Assembly (NCBI GenBank): GCA_028279895.1
Contig: JANQMY010000357.1
Span: 1-52,351, forward strand
Origin: Alphaproteobacteria bacterium
GTDB lineage: Bacteria > Pseudomonadota > Alphaproteobacteria > JANQMY01
DNA: 52,351 bases
Direction: 5' to 3'
Shown: positions 1 through 8,377 of the stretch, one piece after another
Layout: each line of letters starts with the position of its first letter
Position numbering within the stretch: the first letter of the stretch is position 1
Position numbers and translations under genes: made by a program
The notes under the pieces: generated by a model
Databases searched by the model: none
The model's input: the letters and a program-made list of their open reading frames with translations, nothing else
Told to the model about the DNA's origin: nothing

Positions 1-165
1 TCAAACAGGTCGAAGACCAAATCTGGCTCGTCAGTTTTATGCAATACGATCTAGGATATTTTGATGATCAGACCGGAAGGCTCGAACCATTGGCTAACCT
101 ATTCGGTCCGAAGGTGTTACCCATGTCTCCCGTATCAAATGTAAACCATGTGACAAGAATGGACC
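1..165 (+). mobile_element. 3' end of IS481-family transposase and right IS end (partial, runs off window)
   Basis: Frame 3 reads KQVEDQIWLVSFMQYDLGYFDDQTGRLEPLANLFGPKVLPMSP, matching the C-terminus I recall for proteobacterial IS481-family transposases. Sub-terminal repeats TGTTACCCATGT (115-126) and TGTAAACCATGT (140-151). Confidence 0.75.
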
Positions 166-174
166 CCGCTAAAG

Positions 175-258
175 ATGGCGCGCCCGGAGGGGGAAACTTC
201 GAACCAGGTTTGGGATGAATTGGAGGTATGGCAGCGCTATATGGATATTAATGGGTGA
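175..258 (+). repeat. att-like site 1 (ATGGCGCGCC core) followed by cryptic integrase C-terminal tail MARPEGETSNQVWDELEVWQRYMDING*
   Basis: 10-bp identity to 23630-23639 at the tRNA-Arg 3' end; TTCGAAC downstream; homologous to the site at 1535. Confidence 0.75.
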
Positions 259-290
259 CTTTATGGGTATTTTTAGGTATATTTATGGGT

Positions 291-1343
291 ATGAGCATAA
301 ATGTAGACACCCTAGAAATAACGGCCGAGATATTGGCGCTGATCTCCGAAATAGATGAATTCAAAGGTGCTTGGAAGGCGCTTGGAACAATGGCACCTGA
401 ACGCTTATCTGCGTTGCGCCATATTGCTACCATTGAAAGTATAGGCTCTTCGACGCGAATTGAGGGCTCTAAATTATCGGACACTGAGGTCGAGCACCTA
501 CTCAACAATATCTCGGTACAGACTTTCGACTCCAGAGATGAACAAGAAGTTGCAGGTTATGCCGATGTAATGCGGCTGGTCTTTGAAAATGCCCATGAGA
601 TTCCAATATCGGTGAATCACTTCAAACAACTCCATCGCGATCTTCTAAAATACAGCAGCAAAGATGAACACCATCGAGGGGAATATAAAACCCTGCCCAA
701 TCATGTAAGTGCCTTTGACGCGGATGGAAAAGAGATCGGGATTGTTTTTGAAACCACATCTCCGTTTGACACACCGCGATTGATGAATGAGCTTATCATT
801 TGGGTCGTCGATACTCTGAGCGAGCAAAAGCTTCACCCGCTCCTGGTAATCTCCATCTTCATTGTCGTTTTCCTCGAAATCCATCCGTTTCAGGATGGCA
901 ATGGGCGGCTCTCACGTATTCTGACCACATTGCTTATGCTTAAAAGCGGGTACGCCTATGTCCCCTACAGTTCGATGGAAAGCGTCATTGAGCAAAATAA
1001 GGAAAACTACTACATCGCCCTTCGAAAAACCCAAGGCACGATCCGCTCAACTTCTCCTGATTGGCAGCCCTGGGTTTTGTTTTTTCTGCGCACGCTGCAA
1101 AAGCAGAAAAAGGCGCTGGAGATAAAGTTAGAGCGTGAGCGCATTGTTGTGAACAAACTTCCCGCGCTTTCCGTTCAAATCCTGGAGCTTGCCAAAGCAC
1201 ACGGCAAAATTACGAATGCCATCATCTTGGATGCAACGGGAGCAAACCGCAATACAATCAAAGTGCATCTACGCAGGTTAGTAGAAGGCAATCACCTAAC
1301 ACAACACGGCACCGGCAAGGGGACTTGGTACTCAAGGAAGTAG
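291..1343 (+). CDS. Fic family protein (class II, C-terminal HTH)
   Basis: HPFQDGNGRLSR Fic motif; N-terminal inhibitory-type motif STRIEG; ATG at 291 preferred over GTG at 255. Confidence 0.92.
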   Translation: MSINVDTLEITAEILALISEIDEFKGAWKALGTMAPERLSALRHIATIESIGSSTRIEGSKLSDTEVEHLLNNISVQTFDSRDEQEVAGYADVMRLVFENAHEIPISVNHFKQLHRDLLKYSSKDEHHRGEYKTLPNHVSAFDADGKEIGIVFETTSPFDTPRLMNELIIWVVDTLSEQKLHPLLVISIFIVVFLEIHPFQDGNGRLSRILTTLLMLKSGYAYVPYSSMESVIEQNKENYYIALRKTQGTIRSTSPDWQPWVLFFLRTLQKQKKALEIKLERERIVVNKLPALSVQILELAKAHGKITNAIILDATGANRNTIKVHLRRLVEGNHLTQHGTGKGTWYSRK

Positions 1344-1455
1344 GTAAAATATCTGTATACGAAGGATATCCTGTAGCACCGCCAAAATGTGTGCTCTTTT
1401 AGATTTTTCCCTCACATATCCCACACAAGATTCGAACCAAAAAGTACGTCTTTAA

Positions 1456-1531
1456 AATCAATGACTTAGAGGACAGCAGGCTTCTTCAGAATAATGCGCC
1501 AGAAAATTTATTGTGGAAAATCAATGGCTTA
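1456..1531 (+). promoter_or_regulatory. two IHF-consensus sites next to att site 2
   Basis: AATCAATGACTTA (1456-1468) and AATCAATGGCTTA (1519-1531) both fit WATCAANNNNTTR. Confidence 0.5.
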
Positions 1532-1534
1532 TAA

Positions 1535-1618
1535 TTGGCGCGCCTGGATGACAAAACTTTGAACCGGTGTTGGGAGGAATTGGAAAACTGGGACCAACAG
1601 TTGTGCCCATTTGATTGA
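1535..1618 (+). repeat. att-like site 2 (TGGCGCGCC core) followed by cryptic integrase tail LARLDDKTLNRCWEELENWDQQLCPFD*
   Basis: 9-bp core 1536-1544 identical to 23631-23639; downstream about 50 bp aligns without gaps to 176-230. Confidence 0.75.
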
Positions 1619-2076
1619 CAATGTCAAAATTCGATCAGAGTAGGTGATCTATCTCCCCATTCCCAAATCGGCAAACACACCAGCGTCTATTCTCCCACGT
1701 CATCATGCCTCAAGTCTTGGCGCCCCAATCTTGCGATTTTCTTCACCTTAACAAAATTTCGGAATCCGACTATCTGGACCTAAGCCTCAAATATTCTTTC
1801 CACATGAAACCAAAAGAGAGCAACAATCCAAACTGACCTGTATCTGTTCCTGTCAGTGGTAATAGCGGCACCAGGTGAGGAACAGATTCTTGGATCACTG
1901 TCAGCGGAAATCCGCACGCCACGAGAAAAGAGATAAGAGGATCATTTCCATCCTCTAAAGTAACTAAGACAATTGTTTCATGCTGGATGGTTGGTTGCTA
2001 TTCGAACAAAAGCACATCTGTATCATTACGTCATCCGCATACCGACTTTTAGGATGTACCAAGTTCAGAATTGAAT

Positions 2077-2568
2077 TTAAGCATAGAGAACACTCACAGA
2101 AAGCAAAATGTACCCCGACGCGGCCCCCAACATGCTCGCCCGAAGCCACACAAATTTTTTTGCGCAAATCCCACAGTGGTTGTGAAGGTGCCTGATCCGA
2201 TGTTCGCGATATTCGTCTTCTGTGACTGAAACGAGCTCTTCCAGATATCGGTCCTGAGTGAACTGAGAAACCGATCCAAATGCCACCAAACTCAATTTCG
2301 GCCCTTTAGTTCTAGGAAAAATAGCCATAAAGGATGCCCCCGCAGCTAGTGAGAAGACGATTAAAGCGCCAAGCGAGAGCATCCCGACAAACGTCTCTTT
2401 CTGATCGAAGAGCGCGTTGGAAATGGAACCGTTTGAAAGGATGAAGCCCAATCCAGCAGCCGCTGCTGCCAGAACCACTCCGGATTTTGTGTCCGCAAGG
2501 CTAATAGTCTCCCTTACTGTCCCCTCAAGAAAATCAGCAAATGCAACCTGGTCTTCGTTTCTCACCAC
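2077..2568 (-). CDS. Pycsar effector family (PycTM/DUF5706-like) membrane protein
   Basis: ADTK before TM1, second TM ending in FPR, SLVAFGSV, C-terminal KKFVWLR plus TM: the PycTM pattern. Confidence 0.8.
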   Translation of the reverse strand: MVRNEDQVAFADFLEGTVRETISLADTKSGVVLAAAAAGLGFILSNGSISNALFDQKETFVGMLSLGALIVFSLAAGASFMAIFPRTKGPKLSLVAFGSVSQFTQDRYLEELVSVTEDEYREHRIRHLHNHCGICAKKFVWLRASMLGAASGYILLSVSVLYA

Positions 2569-2662
2569 GCCCCCTTAGGTCCAAACCCTATTCGAAACTA
2601 CTTTTTTAAGTTAATCTAGCCCATATATACAACTTTAAGATTCACCACAAAACTGAAATGCA

Positions 2663-5600
2663 ATGCCCGGATTTACCGATCAGGTCCTAAATCACTTTCC
2701 AGCAAAGACCCGACAAGAGCTTTTGGAATTCAACAAACACGTGGCAAGCCTGGATGCGGATTATCTAATCTTCATGGCCAGAAAAGCCCTTAGGATTCAT
2801 GACCTGCTTGTTTTTGCCAGAGGGGAAGAACCACCGATACCAGTATATAGTGATCAGGTGCTCGAACAGTCTTTGGACAGATTTGAGGGCAAAACGGTTG
2901 CCCTCATAGATGACACTTTATTTTTGGGCACCACGCTGGGAAAAGCCAAATTTAATCTCGAGAATGTCGGCGCAACAAAAGTGTCGACCCACATCTTTGG
3001 CTTGAACACAAAGTATTGGGTGAAAGACCTTGTAGATCCGGACTACGTTCGAATTGAGATGTCGCAACAGGAAATGCTGACATTTTGCGCTCAAGAGGTT
3101 AGAGCTCTCGCTCAAAACGGATTCCCCTATCTTACAGATTTTCCAATTTTCCGACCAATAAAATTCCCGCCTGAGAAAATTGAACTACTGGAGGGAATCA
3201 AAGATTGGCGCATCATTGAGGTCACAAATCAATGGCTTCATGGTCAAGATGCACGAGTGTTCACTTTTCTACCAACATCTGAGTTCATGCGTGATTTTGC
3301 AGTGTCTCTAAACTGCAAAGCTGAAAACCTTATAGATATCCTGAAAGTACGGTTATTTACTCAAACACGAAATTCACCTTACTGGTCGCGTATCGTCCCC
3401 ATAGCGACTATTCGCCCGATGGCTGACTTTGATGCACCACGACTTTTGAAGCACCTTTCTAAGAATATTTTCGTCACAGGCCAAGACGATCATCTAACCG
3501 TCATTCTCCATCACATAAACACCCCAAAGGCTCAGGCGCACTTATGCCAATACATTTTAAGCGCCTTACTCGGGCGACATTTTGCAAAAGAGTTTGCCAC
3601 AGTATTTTCAACGCAGGGCCAGCCAAGTTTTAACCTAAACGAGGCAATAAGACACTTTGGTTCCTGGTTAAAGCCCACATTGAACGCGATCCATCAATCT
3701 TCTACATCAATCGACGACTCGCATAATGATGCATACACGAAACCCCTTTCCCAACAGTCGCCATTCAAACTAAAAGCAGCGGAACAGGTGAAGTCTAAAG
3801 TTCTGGAATTAGCCCATTCGATTCCAAATAAGCCAATTTCTCAGGATGAGCGCAATTCAGCATGGGATGCAGACGAAGCAAAAAAAATGTGGGAACTAAG
3901 TGACTCGTTTCTCCACATGTACAAAGAAGTTGAACTCCCATATCGTATTGAAGTTCAAAAGGCTGGACGCAGAATATTCGAGGATAAAGAAAGCTACTCG
4001 GCTGGAGCGGATCGGCTAGGAATCGGTTATCCCTGGTCGTGGCTGTCTGAAAAGCTAATACCACAGAATCTTTCCAGGTCGGAGGGCCGTCTGAATGTAG
4101 CAAGCTTATATATGGACTGCTTGATTGACCAAGGTGTTGCAGTGCCGATTCTGTGCTATCGCGATGGCTTATTGTTTAGAGGATATCGACACGGCGAAGA
4201 TGTCACAATAACCGAACGCGAAAATTCTTTGATATATGGGATGATCGACCGGTTTTTGCGCCAAGCAAAACGTGATTACATACCCAGGCTGGCTTTAGAA
4301 AAACTGTTGTCCGTATTTATACGGGGTGGTTGGAATTTGAAGATTCTTTACGCCAACAATGAAACACGTCATGACGGTGATACTGTTCGTGTCGGATACT
4401 ACATACACGGCGTGAGGCCATTCTTTTCAGAATCTGATGCGCACTTTGCCAACCGAGATGACGCGCTCCTCAGCACAAGACTGATGGAAATCGGTGTGTT
4501 GAAAAGCGAAAGTGCGAACTCGCAAATTACATTGGGAGAAATGCGAGAGGCACCTGAGATAGATGAAACCGCAGCTCTACTTACACACCATCTTGGTTGG
4601 TTAATTGGAACTCTCTACTCAGCCAAGGATCAAAATGGAAAGCGAATTCTCGACGATGATGCCTTCAGCATGTTTGCGTCTTGTACCACTGTATTTGATG
4701 TCTGTGGTGCTTTGCTAGCGGAAATCAAGATCATCGACAATCAGCTTCGAACCAACTTGCGCAGAGTTGTAAACCAAGTGCGGCTTAACAATGACGAAAG
4801 CCTGATCAATGGCATCGATCAAATCAGAAAAAGCACCGCAAGGACCGCATTAAACTCCGGACTACGCAAACTAAAGTCTCATCACACCAGTGAACCAGGA
4901 AAAATCTTTAAGCAGTGCAAGGAATACCTCCAAAACATGGAGAATGGAGAGTTCCTCGTGGAAAGCTGGGAAAGGTGGTGGTCTTCGATTAGCGACCCCA
5001 AAAATATTGGAAAGGCAGACCAGTTCGAAGATGTCATAGAAGAGCTTACTTCTGACCTTTTCGATCTTTCCCTGACTTTTGCGGAGATTGAATTTGATTT
5101 GGAGGCTTCCCTCCTCCGAAATAATCCAAAGACCAAAAGAAAATTGTTTGCATCATTAGAGTTTGTAGAACGGATTGGCACCTATGTAAGACCACATACC
5201 AAAGACCAAGAACTAAAACTAGATCAACTTAGAGGGCTTGCAAGCGGTGAGATAGCATGGCCTGAACCCCTGCGCAGAGCTCAGTCGGCACTGAAATTTT
5301 TTCATGATGATATACGCCCCCATTTAGTTAATCGATACGAAGCGATCGACAAGATGATGGAAGAGTATGGTCAGAATAGACAGCGCACATCATATAATAT
5401 CGTGGCTTGGTATGACATTATAGATTCGACAGGAAAAAAAGCTGGTCTACGGGGTGAAGAATACAAAGAGTACGAGTGGCGCGTGGATTCGTTTAAACGC
5501 ACAATTAACAATTTTGCACACAAGCAACTTCTACAAGCCAGAGATAGCGGCGATGGTCAAGTAAAGATTCCGGTCACAGACGACTCACGAGATGACGAAA

Positions 5601-6043
5601 AACACATCTTTTATGCAGGGAAGCATCAAGATAAACGACTGCGGAAAATTCTCACTCAGCTACTGGCGACCGCAAAAAAAAGCGGTATAGCCATCCGGTT
5701 AGCAGCAATGAGAACCAGTAATTTTAGCCCGAGGCCTCATAGTTTGCGGAGCAATGACACTGTTATTAGCAACGAGTTCTGGCACCATTTCAAAGAAGTA
5801 AAAAGGGAGTTGCGGGCACTTGAAAACGATGCGAGTTACAATAGCCGAGGAAACCCTCAATTGTTCAGCCATGTGTGGATTGTGGGGCGTGAACTAGCTG
5901 ACAATCTAAAGCTCGACCGCCACCTAAAACCAGAAGAAAGCAAAAGAGCACTCTTTGAATTCACTACACAAACTGGCGAAAGCCAATTCGATCATCAAGT
6001 GGTTGGGCATATTCAGCAAACGGGCCGACGACAAGCCCTATAA
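2663..6043 (+). CDS. 1126-aa multidomain protein: N-terminal phosphoribosyltransferase-like domain, possible C-terminal class III nucleotidyl cyclase-like domain
   Basis: VALIDDTLFLGTTL PRPP-loop motif (D83-D84); IVAWYDIIDSTG (D918) with SGDG/RDDE downstream and IRLA strand. Confidence 0.6.
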   Translation: MPGFTDQVLNHFPAKTRQELLEFNKHVASLDADYLIFMARKALRIHDLLVFARGEEPPIPVYSDQVLEQSLDRFEGKTVALIDDTLFLGTTLGKAKFNLENVGATKVSTHIFGLNTKYWVKDLVDPDYVRIEMSQQEMLTFCAQEVRALAQNGFPYLTDFPIFRPIKFPPEKIELLEGIKDWRIIEVTNQWLHGQDARVFTFLPTSEFMRDFAVSLNCKAENLIDILKVRLFTQTRNSPYWSRIVPIATIRPMADFDAPRLLKHLSKNIFVTGQDDHLTVILHHINTPKAQAHLCQYILSALLGRHFAKEFATVFSTQGQPSFNLNEAIRHFGSWLKPTLNAIHQSSTSIDDSHNDAYTKPLSQQSPFKLKAAEQVKSKVLELAHSIPNKPISQDERNSAWDADEAKKMWELSDSFLHMYKEVELPYRIEVQKAGRRIFEDKESYSAGADRLGIGYPWSWLSEKLIPQNLSRSEGRLNVASLYMDCLIDQGVAVPILCYRDGLLFRGYRHGEDVTITERENSLIYGMIDRFLRQAKRDYIPRLALEKLLSVFIRGGWNLKILYANNETRHDGDTVRVGYYIHGVRPFFSESDAHFANRDDALLSTRLMEIGVLKSESANSQITLGEMREAPEIDETAALLTHHLGWLIGTLYSAKDQNGKRILDDDAFSMFASCTTVFDVCGALLAEIKIIDNQLRTNLRRVVNQVRLNNDESLINGIDQIRKSTARTALNSGLRKLKSHHTSEPGKIFKQCKEYLQNMENGEFLVESWERWWSSISDPKNIGKADQFEDVIEELTSDLFDLSLTFAEIEFDLEASLLRNNPKTKRKLFASLEFVERIGTYVRPHTKDQELKLDQLRGLASGEIAWPEPLRRAQSALKFFHDDIRPHLVNRYEAIDKMMEEYGQNRQRTSYNIVAWYDIIDSTGKKAGLRGEEYKEYEWRVDSFKRTINNFAHKQLLQARDSGDGQVKIPVTDDSRDDEKHIFYAGKHQDKRLRKILTQLLATAKKSGIAIRLAAMRTSNFSPRPHSLRSNDTVISNEFWHHFKEVKRELRALENDASYNSRGNPQLFSHVWIVGRELADNLKLDRHLKPEESKRALFEFTTQTGESQFDHQVVGHIQQTGRRQAL

Positions 6044-6160
6044 ACCTAAAGCAGTACGTCGCTCACCAAAAGGAAAGACGGCAGAGCTACAGGGGACTAC
6101 GGCCTGCTATCATTCAGGCGGAAAGCGCGGGCCCAGAAATGCGGTCTAGTAATGTGAGAC

Positions 6161-6253
6161 AAAAACAAACCCCGCCACGCTTGTTATCGCCTTGGCAGGG
6201 TTGGCCCCATATTCAGGGGTCTTGCAAGCCCGATGCTATCGCAGTGCGGGTAC
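6161..6253 (-). ncRNA. predicted structured small RNA (about 93 nt) downstream of pemK/mazF
   Basis: Own promoter, hairpins CCCG..CGGG and CCCC-UGAAUAU-GGGG, terminator AACCCUGCCA/UGGCGGGGUU followed by UGUUUUU. Confidence 0.55.
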
Positions 6254-6259
6254 TTTTCT

Positions 6260-6288
6260 AGTATGGCGCTTTCACCTCAAAAAATCAA
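6260..6288 (-). promoter_or_regulatory. sigma70-type promoter TTGATT-17bp-CATACT overlapping the mazF stop codon
   Basis: -35 at 6288-6283, -10 at 6265-6260, spacer exactly 17 bp. Confidence 0.55.
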
Positions 6289-6677
6289 GAAATCCCAAGG
6301 TAAATGCTCAGCCCGCTGCGCACATCTTTCAAAAACCCGGGCGAAGCTTTGTAGACTTTGTACAGACGCTTCCCATCTTTGGAACCGCTACGGACCCGGT
6401 CACAGCGCGCCAAACCTACGGTCTGAATCATATCGCATTTTGCCCACATAGAGTCTCTTGCAAGCGGATAATCATGTATCGGTACTTCAACATGATAGGC
6501 CTCCATTTGGATGGGTTTTGCAGAACTCAAAGGAACGACCGTGACAAGTTCCGAACGTCGGCGCCGAGGGGAAACAATGAGAACGGGTCTAGATTTCACC
6601 ATCTCCGGCGGCTGGAAGCCGGTTGCAAAATCGCAGATACAAATTGTGCCGGGACCTGGGTGAAACGATAATGCCAA
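6285..6677 (-). CDS. PemK/MazF family endoribonuclease toxin
   Basis: GTICICDF..GFQPPEMVKSRPVLIVS..VTVVPLSS..SMWAKCDMIQTV. Confidence 0.9.
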   Translation of the reverse strand: MALSFHPGPGTICICDFATGFQPPEMVKSRPVLIVSPRRRRSELVTVVPLSSAKPIQMEAYHVEVPIHDYPLARDSMWAKCDMIQTVGLARCDRVRSGSKDGKRLYKVYKASPGFLKDVRSGLSIYLGIS

Positions 6678-6680
6678 TAT

Positions 6681-7241
6681 TCACTCCCCAGCATTGCCAT
6701 TATTAAGTTTGTTCTCTGCTATCTCACTAACATCAGAACCTGCATTTAAAACCTCTTCGTCAGTGGTCATATAGTTGAGCGTGTCCACATAACGCGCGAC
6801 AATCTCATAAGCCCGCCGAAAATCCTCAAACCCGTTTTGCCTTATGTACTGCGCCTTCTCATGCGTCATGCTGACGAATGGCTTGCGAACAAAACCGTTT
6901 TGGCAAACCCATTTCCATACAAGGTCTCGGTCTATTTTTGTTTTCCTATCTTTTTTGAGGAACCAGCTATAGATGATCGCCGCTTGCCAGTATTCATATT
7001 CAATATGGAACTGCTCACTCCAAGCAGGCTCATGCGCATTGAACCAGCCGCATTCGACGTGCTGAACGTAGTAAAAGGCATAAAGTGAAAACTCGCAGGG
7101 CGCGTCAAAACGCAAGTCATTCACACGGACCAGGCTGTTCGTTGCTTCATCAAAAAACGCAAGCTCCCGTTCTTTGGATACAGATCCATCCATGCCCTCT
7201 AACATCGAGGGCACTAGTTTGTTACTATCTAATGCTGTCAT
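6681..7241 (-). CDS. hypothetical protein
   Basis: 186-aa ORF overlapping the upstream gene by 4 bp and 3 bp from mazF. Confidence 0.65.
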   Translation of the reverse strand: MTALDSNKLVPSMLEGMDGSVSKERELAFFDEATNSLVRVNDLRFDAPCEFSLYAFYYVQHVECGWFNAHEPAWSEQFHIEYEYWQAAIIYSWFLKKDRKTKIDRDLVWKWVCQNGFVRKPFVSMTHEKAQYIRQNGFEDFRRAYEIVARYVDTLNYMTTDEEVLNAGSDVSEIAENKLNNGNAGE

Positions 7242-8101
7242 CTTGTTAAGTTTCGTTTTTGATATTTGGTTTTCTTGCGTCGTCGCATGTAGGGGTATTT
7301 CGGCTCAGGTTGCTTTTGGCGAATGATCGCCCACTTTCTGCGCTGCTCTAAACGCTTGCGTTCTGTCGCGCTCATAAAGAACTGAGATGACCCAAGAACA
7401 TAGAGTCCAGTCGCCTTGATAAGCTCCAGCGCAATAACAAAGCGGCGCATATATTCTTCGGGAATAACTGTACGGGCTGTATCATTTGCGCCAACGGATA
7501 GCTCAATACGTTGCTGGCGAAGCGCATCTATTTGCGTCTTTAGTTCATCATAACGCTGACGATCTCCAATCTCGAGATCGCGATTACGCATGTTGATGGG
7601 ATTATCATCGGGATCTAGGTTCCCATAGGCTGTATCGAGCGTTTCAGCGTCTCTTGGCACCTGCCCATCATACCGCGCCAGGATACTCTCAACCTCTCTT
7701 TGCAAATCACTGATTTGCGCATTGATTTCGGATAAGGTTGCCGCGCTCGTCTCAATCGTGTTCACAAGCGTATCAACCTGGAAATGCAAGAAATTCTCTG
7801 TTGCGTAGATATTGATGACAACGGCGACCCCGGCCACAGTGAGCGCTAATAGTCCCTTCCCATAGGATCGCCGCTGTATCATGAAGCCCGCATAGGGCAG
7901 GGAGAAGAGCGCAATCAGTTCCATACCGCCAGAAAGGGTGGCGTTTGCCACGGCCTGCTGCGCTGTTGCGGCGAGAGAAACCCAACCGCTGACATTCATA
8001 AAGGCGGATGAAAGTGTAATTGCCGCAATACCGGCAAAGAGTCCCCATCGCACCCAGTTGAATTCTTGTTTTAGTTTTTTGTTCCTTTTCTTCTTCGTCA
8101 T
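7238..8101 (-). CDS. membrane protein (about 3 N-terminal TMs plus coiled coil)
   Basis: Basic N-terminus MTKKKRNKK, hydrophobic segments, heptad-rich region; ATG at 8101 preferred. Confidence 0.7.
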   Translation of the reverse strand: MTKKKRNKKLKQEFNWVRWGLFAGIAAITLSSAFMNVSGWVSLAATAQQAVANATLSGGMELIALFSLPYAGFMIQRRSYGKGLLALTVAGVAVVINIYATENFLHFQVDTLVNTIETSAATLSEINAQISDLQREVESILARYDGQVPRDAETLDTAYGNLDPDDNPINMRNRDLEIGDRQRYDELKTQIDALRQQRIELSVGANDTARTVIPEEYMRRFVIALELIKATGLYVLGSSQFFMSATERKRLEQRRKWAIIRQKQPEPKYPYMRRRKKTKYQKRNLTR

Positions 8102-8377
8102 CAGTTTAGGTTTGTTTTTCTTTTGTTTCTGTTTTGTTCTGTTTGAGACAATAACAAATCGTCCGCACACAAAGCAAACTTTTTTTGAAAAAATTTTTGG
8201 AAGCAACAAAACTTAGAAAGAGCATTCCTTTGGAAGACCCGCCGGAGGCAAGGCTGACATTCCTTCGGAGCCGACAATTCACCAAACATCATTGTACGGA
8301 TATAAGGTCAAGGCCAGAGAGCAAGGCGGCATCGCCGCAGCGTGCCTTGACGGATGACGGACAATGATAGAATCTAA

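Noticed and set aside
176-210. Possible additional tRNA genes at 176 and 1536
   Set aside because: Only the 9-10 bp acceptor-end core and a displaced TT(C/T)GAAC match; no cloverleaf, so treated as att sites.
6192-6671. 159-aa plus-strand ORF as an antitoxin
   Set aside because: Entirely antisense to mazF, TTG start, no recognisable motif; probably a shadow ORF.
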